A stretch of 62,946 nt of DNA, filler included, from Hyphochytrium catenoides (lineage: Eukaryota; Protista; Hyphochytriomycota), in the NCBI GenBank assembly GCA_900088475.1. It is 12 parts of 12 records of this genome, joined end to end, with 100 filler letters (N's around TTAATTAATTAA, not from the genome) between each part and the next. Parts side by side here need not be neighbours in the genome. Positions count along the whole stretch, not along the records: positions 43,300 to 55,855 come from FLMG01001405.1; positions 55,956 to 57,670 come from FLMG01002244.1; positions 57,771 to 59,763 come from FLMG01001495.1; positions 59,864 to 61,490 come from FLMG01001441.1; 8 more parts are not named here. One strand, 5' to 3'. The stretch's first letter is position 1, and every line of letters begins with the position of its first letter. The notes beneath the pieces were generated by a model. That model searched no databases. It was not told the origin of the DNA and saw only the letters and a list, made by a program, of their open reading frames with translations. Positions 49,601 through 61,490 of this stretch are shown here, piece after piece. A program made the translations under genes and the position numbers.

Positions 49601-52600
49601 AGAGCAGCAGGTGGAGAACGTCTCTCCTTTCAAGCGCCTAATGACCTGTGAAATGCCGCGGCACCAGGAGCTTGCTAAGCATTTGGCTCGTTAATAGCAG
49701 CAACCTCTAGCGTAGTCGTTGCATAAGCTTCATCGTCCACTTTACTTCTGCAGCAGGAAGAGCGATGAGTGGGTTTAATAATCCTCGACTGATGATTCAC
49801 CTACAGAGAGGATGAGATGATTGGAAGGTTAGGAAGGGGTCTCAGCGTTCTGGCCCAATTTGGTTATGATGAGCGGCGACCGACACAAAGCGGCGGCACA
49901 AAACAGCAGGAGGCGCATGAGACAGCCAGGCAGAGAGTGTGAGAGATCCAAGAGGCTGTAGGACATCAGTTCTCAGCGATGTTGGTGTTGTCGTTTCCCT
50001 GCTTCCTGCTGGAAGAGCAAAGAAGTGGGAAGGAGAGAGACAAAACTTATTGTAGCGCACTTGATTCTCCTGCTCGAGACCAATAATTATACGATTCTGC
50101 CAACATAGAGCGCTAGGGAACTCAACCCCCTTTATTTGCCACTTTACGTTTCGTCTCTCGGAGGAAAAAGCGAATTTCTTGGGTACCAAGAAAAGTGTTC
50201 TCCGGTATTAAACATGGTTTACATTTGCAGTTAACAGGGATAGGAACCAGAAGCCCACCAGATAATCAGAGTCACTACGACCATTGTCGTCCCCGGGCGG
50301 TGATGGAGGACAGCTCCATTCTTAAACCTGTCTGAAGATCCACCATGATCTGTGCGGCAGCTGCTCCAGGCTTGGCCCAAAATCAGCCTTGGCAGCAAGC
50401 GATCATCAACAACATTATTCACTCAGGAGTCCGCCGCCTCAAGCCACCATTCATCCGCAGCCAACGCTTGCGTGCTCGTCACTCTTGCTTCTAAATTTGT
50501 CAACATTTGGTCTTTGTCTCTCTTGCTTCATTGTTTGTTGGCAGTCCCTTGAGAAAACATGGTCGATGACCTCAAATACGACATCGTAGGCCTGTCCTGC
50601 TAAGAGAGAGCCGCCAACAGTTCAAGCTTAATCCTGATGATGATGGATAAGACCCTTTTTCTCCCTCTCTCTTTTGGCCTTCCGCTCCCTCTTTCGTTGT
50701 CCCTTACACTCTCTCTCTACCCCTTCTCTCTCTTTCTTTTTCTCTCTAGTCGTGCTCTCTCTTCCTCTCCTCTCGTCTTTCTCTCTCCTTCTCTGTCTCT
50801 CCTATGACGACTGTCGTGCGAACATTGCTCTCAATGATCTTTAGTGCTCCTAAACTAAATATCCCTACCTACAACTGCACAAGGAAAAGGCCAGATTCGC
50901 ACCAACAACTTTTCTTTACTAGGAGTGAGTTCCCCCTGAAGTTATTTCGGCCTTCGCCGCCCCCGATAGGCCACCAATAGTTGCGCTGGGAGAGATGGGG
51001 AGTGGGGGAGAAGGAAGCAGAAGAACGGAGCCAGTAGCACTCTAGGCAGAACGAGGAGAAGAGAGAGAACAGATGCAGAGAGCTTCTGCTGGACAGATAG
51101 ATTTGAGAGCTATGAGAGAAATAGAGGGAGGGGGCGAGGGCCAATTGACAAGAGCCTGACAACAGGCGTAGTATGGCGGTGTCCCACCAACCAACGCTGT
51201 TCGAGGAATGAGGTTGAGGCAGCAACAAAGCAAAGAAGCAAAGAGGAAAGCGCAGGGACGAGAATGGGACAGGAGCATAGGACAGGCGGAATATTGAAAA
51301 CGGATAAAGAGAACCTCTATTCTCTGCCAGAGATCAGGGAAAATGAATGGAGCGTCGAACAGGATATTAAGACCAGGAGAAGAGACCAGGACGCGATATT
51401 GAAGACCAGGAGACGAGAAGCCAGGCAACTACGACGACGCTACGCCAGTGTATCAGGGAGCGCTAAATCCAGTTATTATTTGGTCCCCTGATGAGAAGAG
51501 GAACCACTGTTGAGCCACGGAAGGACTGATCACTGCAGAGATTACTATTTAGCTAGCTTGTCGAGCACAACATCGTTAACCCCAAGATCAATATAGTGTA
51601 ATGCCCATCGTCCTAGGCAGTGGGTTTGCTGGCTTTCTTACTACTTCGTCTGATAGCATTGGCCCAGGAGAGAGAATGACCACACACTCCAGGGCCTAGC
51701 TGCTGCGCAAGAAATGAAAATTATTTGTCAGGTAAAGGCAGAATGCAGAGCTGCTGTGACCATCCAGGTGGTCCTATAACAAAAGACAAAACTGTCCCTA
51801 GGAGTCTTTGTAGTAGAAACAGTATTCCCTCATCCAATGCCCTCATCCATAAACTCTGCTTATTGTTGCGTTGTTTTCTACGCAATAGTTAGTTTTTGAA
51901 CACTTCTATAATAGACTTATGATAAGACTCAAGCCAACAACGAATTTTAGCAGATGACCAAATCAGGACACTCAAGGTTGAGTTCCGATGAATGGCGAGA
52001 GACAGGTGGGGTGTTCGGTGAAGAAGGTGACAGACCTGGTGAAGCAGGCCTTCGTTGACGACATCTTCACAAGCAATGGCCGCTGCGTACTAAAAATGAG
52101 AGAATAGCCTCAGGATCTGATCAAAAAAAGCTCCAGCCTCCATTCCAGTCATCCATCAACCACCAACTTCGCATTATTTGGCCATCAATCCCTTGTGATC
52201 TAGCCTTGGCTTCAGAAGATCGAACTAGCAGGAGAACTAAGGATATATTTCGTCAGAGCACTATCCTTGTCAAAACAACATTCTAACGGAAGGCATAGCA
52301 ATACAAAGAATGTTCATTGGGGCAGCAAAATTTGCGGCTATGCTCGATGCGGCTTGTTTGTGCTGGCTGCACTTGCAGAGGGGTAGAGTTATAATCCTAG
52401 CCATGCAGATCACATGTGATCTCGATAAAGTCGTCCCCTCGAAGATTGTTGTTGCAGGTATGTAGGGAAAGGGAAGGTCTTTGACGAACGAAGAAGCATT
52501 ATCTTGGCAACATAACAAAGACGACGCTTTATTCCATTGTTGGGCCACACTTTCCTTATGAGTTGGCCTGGTGGTTCATTCCTCCGCTGCTCAGAATCTG

Positions 52601-52816
52601 CGCCTCCTTCAGCCCCAATTAAGGGTGTTTCCGTCCTGCTGTTCTTTATCAACCCAACTGAGGTGTCAAACACAAAAGCAACAATATCCAACAGGACCTT
52701 GTTGACCTTTGGCTGCCACTGGGCGACCAGCGCAATACCGGGAAGGACGAAGATAACCGTCGGAAGCTTCCGTCTGCTCTAACTAGCAGCTTGCAGCAGC
52801 AGAGCTTTGACCAGCT

Positions 52817-54289
52817 ATGGCTTCCGTGACACGCAGGATTGACAATCCTCCGGATGGGCCATTTCTGGGCTGCTTCCCTGTTTTCCACTTCAAGATGCTC
52901 ATGATCACGGGCTGTGCCTGGGCATTAGATGCCATGGACATCTTTGTGTTCTCCTACACTCTGCCCTACCTCATCAAGGACGAGACAAATTGGAAGATCT
53001 CCACTGCCGATAAAAGTATGTTGACAGCGATGGGCTTTCTTGGTATGTTCATTGGAGCCATTGTGGCAGGGTCACTAGCGGACAAGTTTGGCCGCAAACC
53101 TGTTTTTAGTGTGACGGCCATCATGTATGGGATAGGGCTGGCTTTGACTGCAGCCGCCTGGAACACAAGCTCTCTGGCCGGGTTCCGCTTTTTAACAGGA
53201 CTTGGGTTAGGCGGAGAGCTCCCTGTGGCATCCACATTGATTCAAGAACTTTCTCCTGCAAGGTATCGTGGGCGCATTGTAGTGCTTATGGAGAGCTTCT
53301 GGTCCATCGGAACTATTCTTGCTGCTCTGCTGGCCTATAAAGGAGCTCCCGGGTTGGGCTGGCGAGGGGTGTTCGGCATCTGCGCAATACCAGTCTTCTA
53401 TGCCATTCTGATCCGCTTCGCCATCCCTGAGTCTCCCAAATGGCTTGCCTCTGTTGGGAGACATAAGGAAGCAGACGTTGTCATTGCGGCCATCGAGCAG
53501 CAATGTGGGGTTTCCTCCAGTACTTCCTTTTCCTTTGACATTCAATCTGGAGCTGCAACTGAAGCCACTTCAGATAACAACAAAAGGTACAGTCTCACTG
53601 GTAAGATGAGAATGCTCTTCTCCCGTGAGTATCGCAAGCGTACCACTATGCTGTGGGTGTTATGGTTCGGAATGGGCTTTGCATATTACGGCGTGTTTAC
53701 GTGGCTACCTTCCATAATTGCCAAAAAGGGCTTCAACCTTAACAGCTCGCTCAGGAGTGTTGTCATTATCACGGTATTTCAGATCCCAGGCTATCTGTTT
53801 GCGGCCTTTCTTATTGACAAGATTGGCCGAAAGTGGTGTCTTTCGCTCTTTCTCCTCCTTTCAGCGGGGGCGTCGATCACCTTTGGATATGTACCAGCCG
53901 AAAATGGTCCTGTTATCTCAGCAGGATCCTTTCTAGCGTTCTCGACTTTGGGAGCCTGGGGCGCGATCTACGCCTACACTCCTGAGAACTATCCTTCTAT
54001 GATGCGCGCCATGGGCTCTGGCTATGCATCTGCAGCAACTAGACTGGCGGCTATCATTGGGCCATACCTGGTACCCTACATGGTGGATTCTTGGGGTATT
54101 TCGACGGAAACGATGATGTGGATATTTGCAGTGGTCTTTTTCGCCATTCTTCTCGATGTACTGCTTTTGGGGACAGAGACAATGGGTCAAGATGTGGATG
54201 GTTTGAATGACACCAGCCACAGTGCTGAGAAGCTAGCAGAAGCCGATGATCACAAGACTACGTTGTCGCCTGCTGCTGCGCGCTTATAA
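52817..54289 (+). CDS. Intronless MFS transporter, NiaP/YceI (SV2-related, niacin/aromatic acid transporter)-like
   Basis: 490-aa single ORF with ~12 TM helices. Motifs WALDAMD, GSLADKFGRK, GLGLGGELPVASTL, GRIVVLMESFW, PESPKWL, YYGVFTWLPS and LGAWGAIYAYTPENYP. Confidence 0.92.
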   Translation: MASVTRRIDNPPDGPFLGCFPVFHFKMLMITGCAWALDAMDIFVFSYTLPYLIKDETNWKISTADKSMLTAMGFLGMFIGAIVAGSLADKFGRKPVFSVTAIMYGIGLALTAAAWNTSSLAGFRFLTGLGLGGELPVASTLIQELSPARYRGRIVVLMESFWSIGTILAALLAYKGAPGLGWRGVFGICAIPVFYAILIRFAIPESPKWLASVGRHKEADVVIAAIEQQCGVSSSTSFSFDIQSGAATEATSDNNKRYSLTGKMRMLFSREYRKRTTMLWVLWFGMGFAYYGVFTWLPSIIAKKGFNLNSSLRSVVIITVFQIPGYLFAAFLIDKIGRKWCLSLFLLLSAGASITFGYVPAENGPVISAGSFLAFSTLGAWGAIYAYTPENYPSMMRAMGSGYASAATRLAAIIGPYLVPYMVDSWGISTETMMWIFAVVFFAILLDVLLLGTETMGQDVDGLNDTSHSAEKLAEADDHKTTLSPAAARL

Positions 54290-55504
54290 ACTCTTACCAT
54301 TACACTGAGGTCGCCTCCAAGTCGGGCAGCGTTTTCTTATACTCTGCGATTCTTCGTCTTCGACTTTGCCTCTGTGGTTACTTTTAGTGTAGGTCAAGGA
54401 GCCAACTCAGGGAGACCACCAGGATTAGAGCGAGAATAAGCAAGCAAGTTAGAAAATCAGTGGAGTGCATTGAAGGAAGCAAAGTAGAGAGGGAGAGAGA
54501 GACAGACAAAGGCATCTTGAGAAGGAGGGACACGGGGGAGAGCTGATGAGGGGAAAGTGTAATGATCTATATAGATCTCATGACAGAGTCCCTAGATAAC
54601 AAATTAAGGAGGAGTGTAAGCGAGAGGTGAGACAGTGGGGAAAGTAGAATAGACAGAAGGAAGGAGGAGCACGGATAGGAAAAAAGGAAGAGGAGAAAGA
54701 GAGGGCGAAAGAAAGGGACATGCTACATTGATGGGAGGTGAGTCAACGTGCGATGAGAGGGGACGCTACATGAGAGCCCAAGAATGCAGAGGAACTTTCT
54801 CTCCTCTCTTTCTCTCTGTCTGTCTCTCTCTCTCTCTCTCTCTCCTTACGCATGTTAATACATCTCAGTCTTTTGTGTCTCTTCCTCTGCGCTCCTGCAG
54901 TAGTTACTCACCGTCTGTCCCTTTGTGACTGGAAGAAGACCTCCTTTCCTTCGCTCTTGATATGTGTGGAACCGCTCCCCCTTCCCAAGAACAACGCTCC
55001 CCTTCTAATGGACGATGGAGGAATAACCCTCTGTTATGTAAGAAGAAGCGTGTCTTGTAGGAGAGTGAGAAGTGCTTTGTCTGTACCTTGGCTGGCCAAA
55101 CCTCAGTCCAGACAAGCACCACGCAGAAGGTAGAATATCCGTAGGATGTTAAGGTTTCCTGGGCTGCGGAGGATGGACCTGGCCTCACTCTCTAAGTTAC
55201 CTGAGGCCAGGCACATCCCCCCTTACGGGGCAGCGCATGTACTTGCGCTCAGGGCAGTCAGTTAGCAGGCCCCGGCTGCCTGCTGGTGCCTCAAAGCATT
55301 TCCTGGCATTCTTTGCACTTTGAACTTTGACTTTGTCTCTTTGAAGCTAATCGAAGGATTGGACAATAATAAATCACTTGTCTCATTTTCTTGTTCCACT
55401 TCATTGATGTTGAACCGTGACTCCTTATTACTTAGAGGGTCAGCTGACCTGTTTGTATCAAGGTGTCCTCCGTTAGCCCATGAGTGACGCCAGGCGTAGG
55501 TCTC

Positions 55505-55830
55505 CGGCCAAACCATCTGTGTGGTCTCTGGCCAAACCACCTGTGGTCGGCCAAACCGTCTGTGGCTGTTAGCCCTCAATCTATCTGTGGCTTTAGCCCT
55601 CCATCCATCTGCGGCTGTTAGCCCTCTATCCATGTGGGACTGTCAATCCATCTGGGACTGTCAATCCATCTGCGGCTGTTAGTTAGCCCGCCCTCAATCT
55701 ATCTGTGGCTTTAGCCCTCCATCCATCTGCGGCTGTTAGCCTGTGCCTTCGGTCAAACCATCTTTGTGCCTTAACCGTGGCAAACCATCTGTGTCTATGA
55801 GCTGTGTGATTGCTGTTAGCCTTCAGTCCA
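55505..55830 (+). repeat. Degenerate ~24-bp minisatellite (CCATCTGYGGCTGTTAGCCCT)
   Basis: Multiple imperfect tandem copies; a ~50-bp block is repeated at ~55573 and ~55691. Confidence 0.75.
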
Positions 55831-56091
55831 TTTGCGTCTGTTATCCTTAATCTCTNNNNNNNNNNNNNNNNNNNNNNNNNNNNNNNNNNNNNNNNNNNNT
55901 TAATTAATTAANNNNNNNNNNNNNNNNNNNNNNNNNNNNNNNNNNNNNNNNNNNNGAGTGAGAGAGAGATGATTCCAGTCAGAAATTGGAGAGCGAGGAC
56001 AAGAGACTGATAGTAAAACAAAAGAGAAGGACAAGAAGAGAGAGAGAAAGAGAGAGAGAGAGAGCCGTAAGGAATTTCGGGTGAGAGAAAG

Positions 56092-56141
<50 letters not shown>

Positions 56142-56364
56142 AAAGATAAAGACACAGCGAGAGAGTAGGGAAAGGGGAGCGAGCAGACAAAGATAAGCTT
56201 AGAGATGAGTAGCAGAGAGAGTGGGGGAGAGAAGAAAGTCTGTGGCTGTCCGAAGTCACTGTCAGCCTCAGAAAGGGACACGTAGATATTGGAGGAGAGA
56301 GACAGGGAGAGAGTATAGTAGAGCAAGAGAGAGAGAGAGGAAAGAGAGATGTGGTGCTTGCCAC

Positions 56365-56517
56365 CTGGTTGTCATTGATCCAGAGCACTTCCAAGTTCAC
56401 AAAGTCTTCAAAGTTCTCAAGGCGCTGGATGCTCCGTCTCGCCATGTGCAGCTGAGTGCACAGCTTCACGTACTTTGCATTGTTCACCGCCAGCTCCGCG
56501 TGAGGATCGGACGCCAT
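56365..56517 (-). CDS. Leucine-rich repeat protein (LRRC72-like), first exon; rest truncated
   Basis: MASDPHAELAVNNAKYVKLCTQLHMARRSIQRLENFEDFVNLEVLWINDNQ then donor gtggca; SDS22-type LRR pattern. Confidence 0.7.
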
Positions 56518-57012
56518 CTCTCTTTCTTTTTCTTTTTCTCCTTTTTTCTCTCTCGCCTCTCTTTTTCTCTCTCTCTCTCTTCCTCACTTTCTCTCTTTTG
56601 TTGTCGTTTCTCTTTTCTTTTTGGTCGTGAGGCCTCGTGGCTATTGGTCTCCGTCTCTTGGGTCCAGGTCTTTCTCAGTGATCCGTGGGTGGTGTCCTGC
56701 TTTCTCAGTATCTCTCCTTCTCTCTAATACGAGCCTGTTCCTGCTCTTGGTTCTTTCTCTCTCTCTCTCTCTCTCGCTTCTCTCTCTCTTTCTCTTTCTC
56801 TCTGTGTACATAATAGTGCTCTCTCTCTCTCTCTCTCTCCTTTTTCCCTTCTTTTCTTTCACTCACTGCCTCCCGCCTTTGCCCAGAATTCGAAAGGTTC
56901 CACGCGCTTCTGATCGCATCCTTAACAGAGGTTACTGTCTATGTTATCGCCTCCCCTCTCTTCTCTCTTTCTCACTCTGTCACTCTTTTCTCCGTCTCTC
57001 ATATTCTTTCTT

Positions 57013-57046
<34 letters not shown>

Positions 57047-57278
57047 AGAGCCTTCTCTTTGCTAGCGATATCGTCGCCAGCTTCTCCCCGTGCGATAAAA
57101 GTCGAAGAAAGCCAAGAGACCAGACCACAGAAGAGAGAGGGGGAGAGGGAAAGAGAACAGAAAAGAAGAGAGACGAGAGCTACTGTAGATAGAGAGGTAG
57201 AGAGAGAGAGAGTGAGAGAGAGAGAGAGAGAAGAGAGAGGTCCAATACAGCTGGAGAGTAGAGAAAAGAAAGAGAGAG

Positions 57279-57335
<57 letters not shown>

Positions 57336-57770
57336 CAGAGAGAGAGGGCGAGAGAGAGCGAGAGAGAGAGTGTCAGAGAGAGGGAGAGAGAGAGAGAAAA
57401 GAGAGGAGACGAGGGAAGTGCGAGTCATAAGGCGGAGGGTGGTCGCGTAACGACCCGAGCGGCACCTGGGTCGGTCGGTCGCACATCCGACTGACCGTCG
57501 TTGATATTAAGAATAACCGCCCTAGGATGCAGTAATATTGGCGCTATATTATAGTGCTATTGAGAATAAGGATAGTCGTGGAGGGAGGCGAATATGTAAG
57601 CGGAAACACTGTCAACCTCCCTGTAACTAACCAACTGTCATGCAAAACCTCTCTCTCTCTCTCTCTCTCTNNNNNNNNNNNNNNNNNNNNNNNNNNNNNN
57701 NNNNNNNNNNNNNNTTAATTAATTAANNNNNNNNNNNNNNNNNNNNNNNNNNNNNNNNNNNNNNNNNNNN

Positions 57771-59605
57771 GAGTCTGCAAGCACTTCTTCGAGAGAGTAC
57801 TGCCGTAGAAGAGGGTGGAGTATAGGGGAAGAGAGTGCTCTCTCTTCCTTTTCAGCTTCTAGCGGCTCCTCGGCCTCTGCCTCTTCCGTTGAGAAGGCAA
57901 CCCCTTTTCGATCAAACCAGGTTGTCATCAAGCCTCCCACATTGCCCATAAGAGAAGTCATTCCGGACCTGACATTTGAAAGCTGAGCGAATGTCTTCAG
58001 TGCATTTGAACATGCCCAGAGTTCAAACAGGAACTACTACGGGGACAGGAGAAGGGAGTGGACGGCTGCCAAATCTTTAGAGTTAACGGGAACAAGGAGA
58101 AAGAGGTAGGCGAAAAACGTGGAGAGTGCACGAGGGAGAAGAGATAGATAGACAGCGATAAGTTTGAGAGGAGAAGATGAAAGAAGGGAGACAAAGACAG
58201 AGTGAGCGAGAGAGCGGAGAGAGGCAATGACGTCCCGTCTCCCAACAAATAAACGACGAGATGCGACTAGAGAAAGAACTAGTCACCAGGTCGGCGGAAA
58301 GGGTTGGACCTCTGACGGTGTATTTCTATCTAATGATCTGGGAGGTGACCCAACCTTCGTTTGTTCCTCCGCATCTTCGCCTTCACTCTCCGTTACTCTG
58401 CTCTGGTCCGTCTCCTCGCCCGCGGTGGCAAAAAAGAGCGAATATAGAGCTTGCGGAGTGTTCGATGCCCACGTCCACGACCGTCGAGGGACCGGCTTAT
58501 CAAAGATGAGAGAAAATGAGGACGAGAGAGAAGGCGGGGCACTACGTCACTGAGAGCAAACTATGCACGTTATTGATGACAAAACAGAACACAAAGAGAC
58601 ATACAACTGCTAACTTGGCGGCAAGATTGAAAAGTAGAGCAAGACGAGCCACATCAACGACCACACTGAGAGAGATTGGCCGCCGATGGAATACTAGACG
58701 CCAATCTGAGCGTCAAAGGGCAGATGAAGATAGAGAGGAAATAGCTCTCTGCCATACCTCCGCAGCCGTGGCAGGTTCTCCCTCTTTGCCTGCGGTTTCC
58801 GTGGGCCTGGGGCTGGACAGCGCAAACTGATTGAAGGGATGGTACGTTACCCGTGGAGTTGAGATAAATTCCAACCGAGGAGAGAGGTCACTATTCTCTT
58901 CTTTAGAGCTGGCCCTCCAGTGTTCCTCTGGTGCCAGACTGCCATCTGCTCTGGGGGTACTCAGATAGCCGGTCTTTCTTGCGTCTTCACTCCACAAGGA
59001 TGAGAGAGCTTCATTATGTTCTGTCAGAAGAAGCACATGAATTAACAGTGACACAAGAGCAGAGCCAATGTTCGTCGACCCTCCTTTCTCCTCTTGTGCC
59101 TCTGCTGACGGACAATTTAACGAACTTCACTAGCCCTAAGAGGTAGGAGAGCAGCTTCACATCCTCGCGCTTACATTTACGTGGCCTCTTGCTGTTCTGA
59201 CCCGACTGTTCCTTCTTCTATACTATTTTGCCGCTGTGTCTCTCGCTTGTCATACCTTTCATGTCTTCCGGCCGCACAGGCTGGCTGGTGCTCCTGTTTC
59301 TCCTTATCATCCTCTCAGACAGACGACGCTGAAAAGGATGGGAAGCCGGTAGGAGCGATGGGGACGAGATGGGTGAGAAAGAGAGAGGGGACAGCGTCAT
59401 CTGCGGATGGAACGTGGTCCACATTGCTTGTGACTCTCTTGAGTTACTCTCAGCTCGTCCTCCTACGCGTGATGGGAGCGGAGAAACAGAGAATAAGGTG
59501 AGTGCTAGACATTGAACGAGACATAGACAGGAGCTAGTCCGAGACACACCAAGAAGATGCTGACAACAGACGAAGGACGGCTTAATTTCTGCCACTGTAA
59601 TCTAA
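57771..59605 (-). CDS. Fragmentary multi-exon gene, unknown product
   Basis: Several open, complex segments (57771-57990, ~58290-58490, 58713-59020, ~59100-59200) separated by pyrimidine-rich intron-like tracts; no recognisable domain. Confidence 0.3.
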
Positions 59606-59950
59606 AGAAGAGAGAGGACCTAGTTTTGATAGAGGTGAGACTTTCGTAGTGGCGAAAGAGGAAGAGAGAGAAAAAAGAGAGAAGAAAGAAAGGAAAGAAC
59701 AAAAGAAGAGAGAGTGAGAGAGAAAGAGATTGAGAGAGAGCGGAGAGAGAGACACGGAGAGAGNNNNNNNNNNNNNNNNNNNNNNNNNNNNNNNNNNNNN
59801 NNNNNNNTTAATTAATTAANNNNNNNNNNNNNNNNNNNNNNNNNNNNNNNNNNNNNNNNNNNNTCGGAGAAATGCTGGGAACTCGAGCAGAACGCTCATC
59901 ACAGACCGTCTTTCTAGAAATCACGCTCTAAAAGGAGTCTGTCAAAATCT

Positions 59951-60382
59951 TTGAAGAAAACTTTTGGTTTATCTTCATCAAAGAAGAAGACTTCTTATCG
60001 TGAAGCAGTAAATAATGCACTACTGAGACGAACTGAAGAACACAACCAGCTCAATACTAAGGAAACTTCTCAACAACCAACTAAAGTATCTCTTTCCAAA
60101 GAGGAAGCACGGACAGGAGTCAACCAACATCAAGGTCCCAAGGATCCAAATGAAGGACAATTAATCATTACGCAGGCTTTGAATCAAGAAAAGCTTGACG
60201 CTGATAACAATATTCTCCACTCTTTCTATCTTGCACTGAAGCGATCAGACAATGTGGAATTTGCTGGAGATCTCGACGCGTTTATCAAAGAGGCGAAGGA
60301 AACAACACCTCGCCAACCTCGCTGTTTATCGTACGTCGAAAAATGTGTGCAATGGAAACCCAAAAAAGTACTCTCTTTCTAG
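59951..60382 (+). CDS. Hypothetical ORF immediately upstream of a PPT/LTR (possible retroelement accessory ORF)
   Basis: 143 open codons (TTG start, probably 5' truncated), A-rich, ending ~15 nt before a polypurine tract. Confidence 0.35.
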   Translation: MKKTFGLSSSKKKTSYREAVNNALLRRTEEHNQLNTKETSQQPTKVSLSKEEARTGVNQHQGPKDPNEGQLIITQALNQEKLDADNNILHSFYLALKRSDNVEFAGDLDAFIKEAKETTPRQPRCLSYVEKCVQWKPKKVLSF

Positions 60383-60405
60383 CGGGTCTACAGCATGCGG
60401 GGAGG

Positions 60406-61104
60406 TGTTGAATGGTCAGCTTCGACCCTTCACAAGAGGGAGTTCGAGCCGCGGGGAGGTGTTGGAGTCTTAGGGCACAGCTATGTGGCCTACAAGCTGG
60501 CAAGCTTAACTACCCAAGTTTCAGCTCTAAACTCCCAGTAGAAGCCGAGATATGAAGTAAAGGAAATGTCCCTGTTTATATCTATGGCTTATGGTCAGTA
60601 CCCCAGGATACCTCCAGGACTGACTAGTGGCAATGCCTGAAGCTTCTGTATGAGCACAGTCTAGATGCAATGATAATAAAGGGACTTGATATTGATGTGT
60701 GTGGAGATTTCTCTGAATGATCACTCAGTTCTGAGAGCCTGGTCCGGGCTCGAGATCTTTTGCTCGGCCCAGCTTCTCTCATCATCTCTCTCTCCTCTGC
60801 TGCTCCTGTGTTCTTCTAGAAATTCTTCTCACATCCCTCTTTCCCATAACACAGGTGTACCCGTAACGTCTATGTCCCTGAGAGCTAGGTGTGTATAGAG
60901 AGTGACTACTGTACTACTGACAACAAACATAGTAGCACTCAACACTATTCTAGACAGGGATATCTCTATAACTCCATATCTTAGGGTTTATTAGGAATAG
61001 TTGGCATAGTCAGAATAGCTCTAGTTTATGGGACCCCAATTGGGCTTATAAGTAGAGCACTCTCATCTCATGACATTGTCCAATCATCCCATATATATTC
61101 AACA
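60406..61104 (+). mobile_element. Probable LTR of a Ty1/copia-type element
   Basis: Bounded by the 8-bp inverted repeat TGTTGAAT...ATTCAACA and preceded by polypurine GCGGGGAGG. A second GCGGGGAGG-TGTTG occurs at 60451-60464. Confidence 0.65.
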
Positions 61105-61490
61105 GTCTGCCCGGTGCATGCTACATGCTGCCAAGCTACCGCCCTCCTTTTAGAGTGAAGCTTTGTTAACGGCTGCATATGTAGGTAATCTCTCCCCAAC
61201 AAGCGCCTTACATGGAGCAACTCCCTATGAAAAATGGTTCAATGCCAAACCGGACGTTGGTCATCTTCGTGTCTTTGGTTGTCTTGCCTATGCACTCGTA
61301 CCGGACTCGAAGAGGCAGAAAATGGACGCCAAGTCAAAGCCTTAAAAATTCGTTGGGTACCCAGACAACTCAAAGGCCTATCGACTTTATGACAGAGAGA
61401 GTTGTACCATCATTGAGCGTAGGGATGTTGTGTTCGCTGAAGGGAAATTTGGTTCGCTACTTCAAACCTCGCCTCAGCTGCGTGACTCTG
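61105..61490 (+). mobile_element. Ty1/copia integrase C-terminal fragment, pseudogenised
   Basis: SARCMLHAAKLPPSF*SEALLTAAYVGNLSPTSALHGATPYEKWFNAKPDVGHLRVFGCLAYALVP..RQKMDAKS..*KFVGYPDNSKAYRLYD...RRDVVFAEG. Confidence 0.92.

Noticed and set aside
46800-52800. Hidden genes or viral insert in the gene-poor stretch
   Set aside because: Only short ORFs without recognisable motifs or consistent splice paths; probably decayed sequence, but cannot be excluded without homology search.
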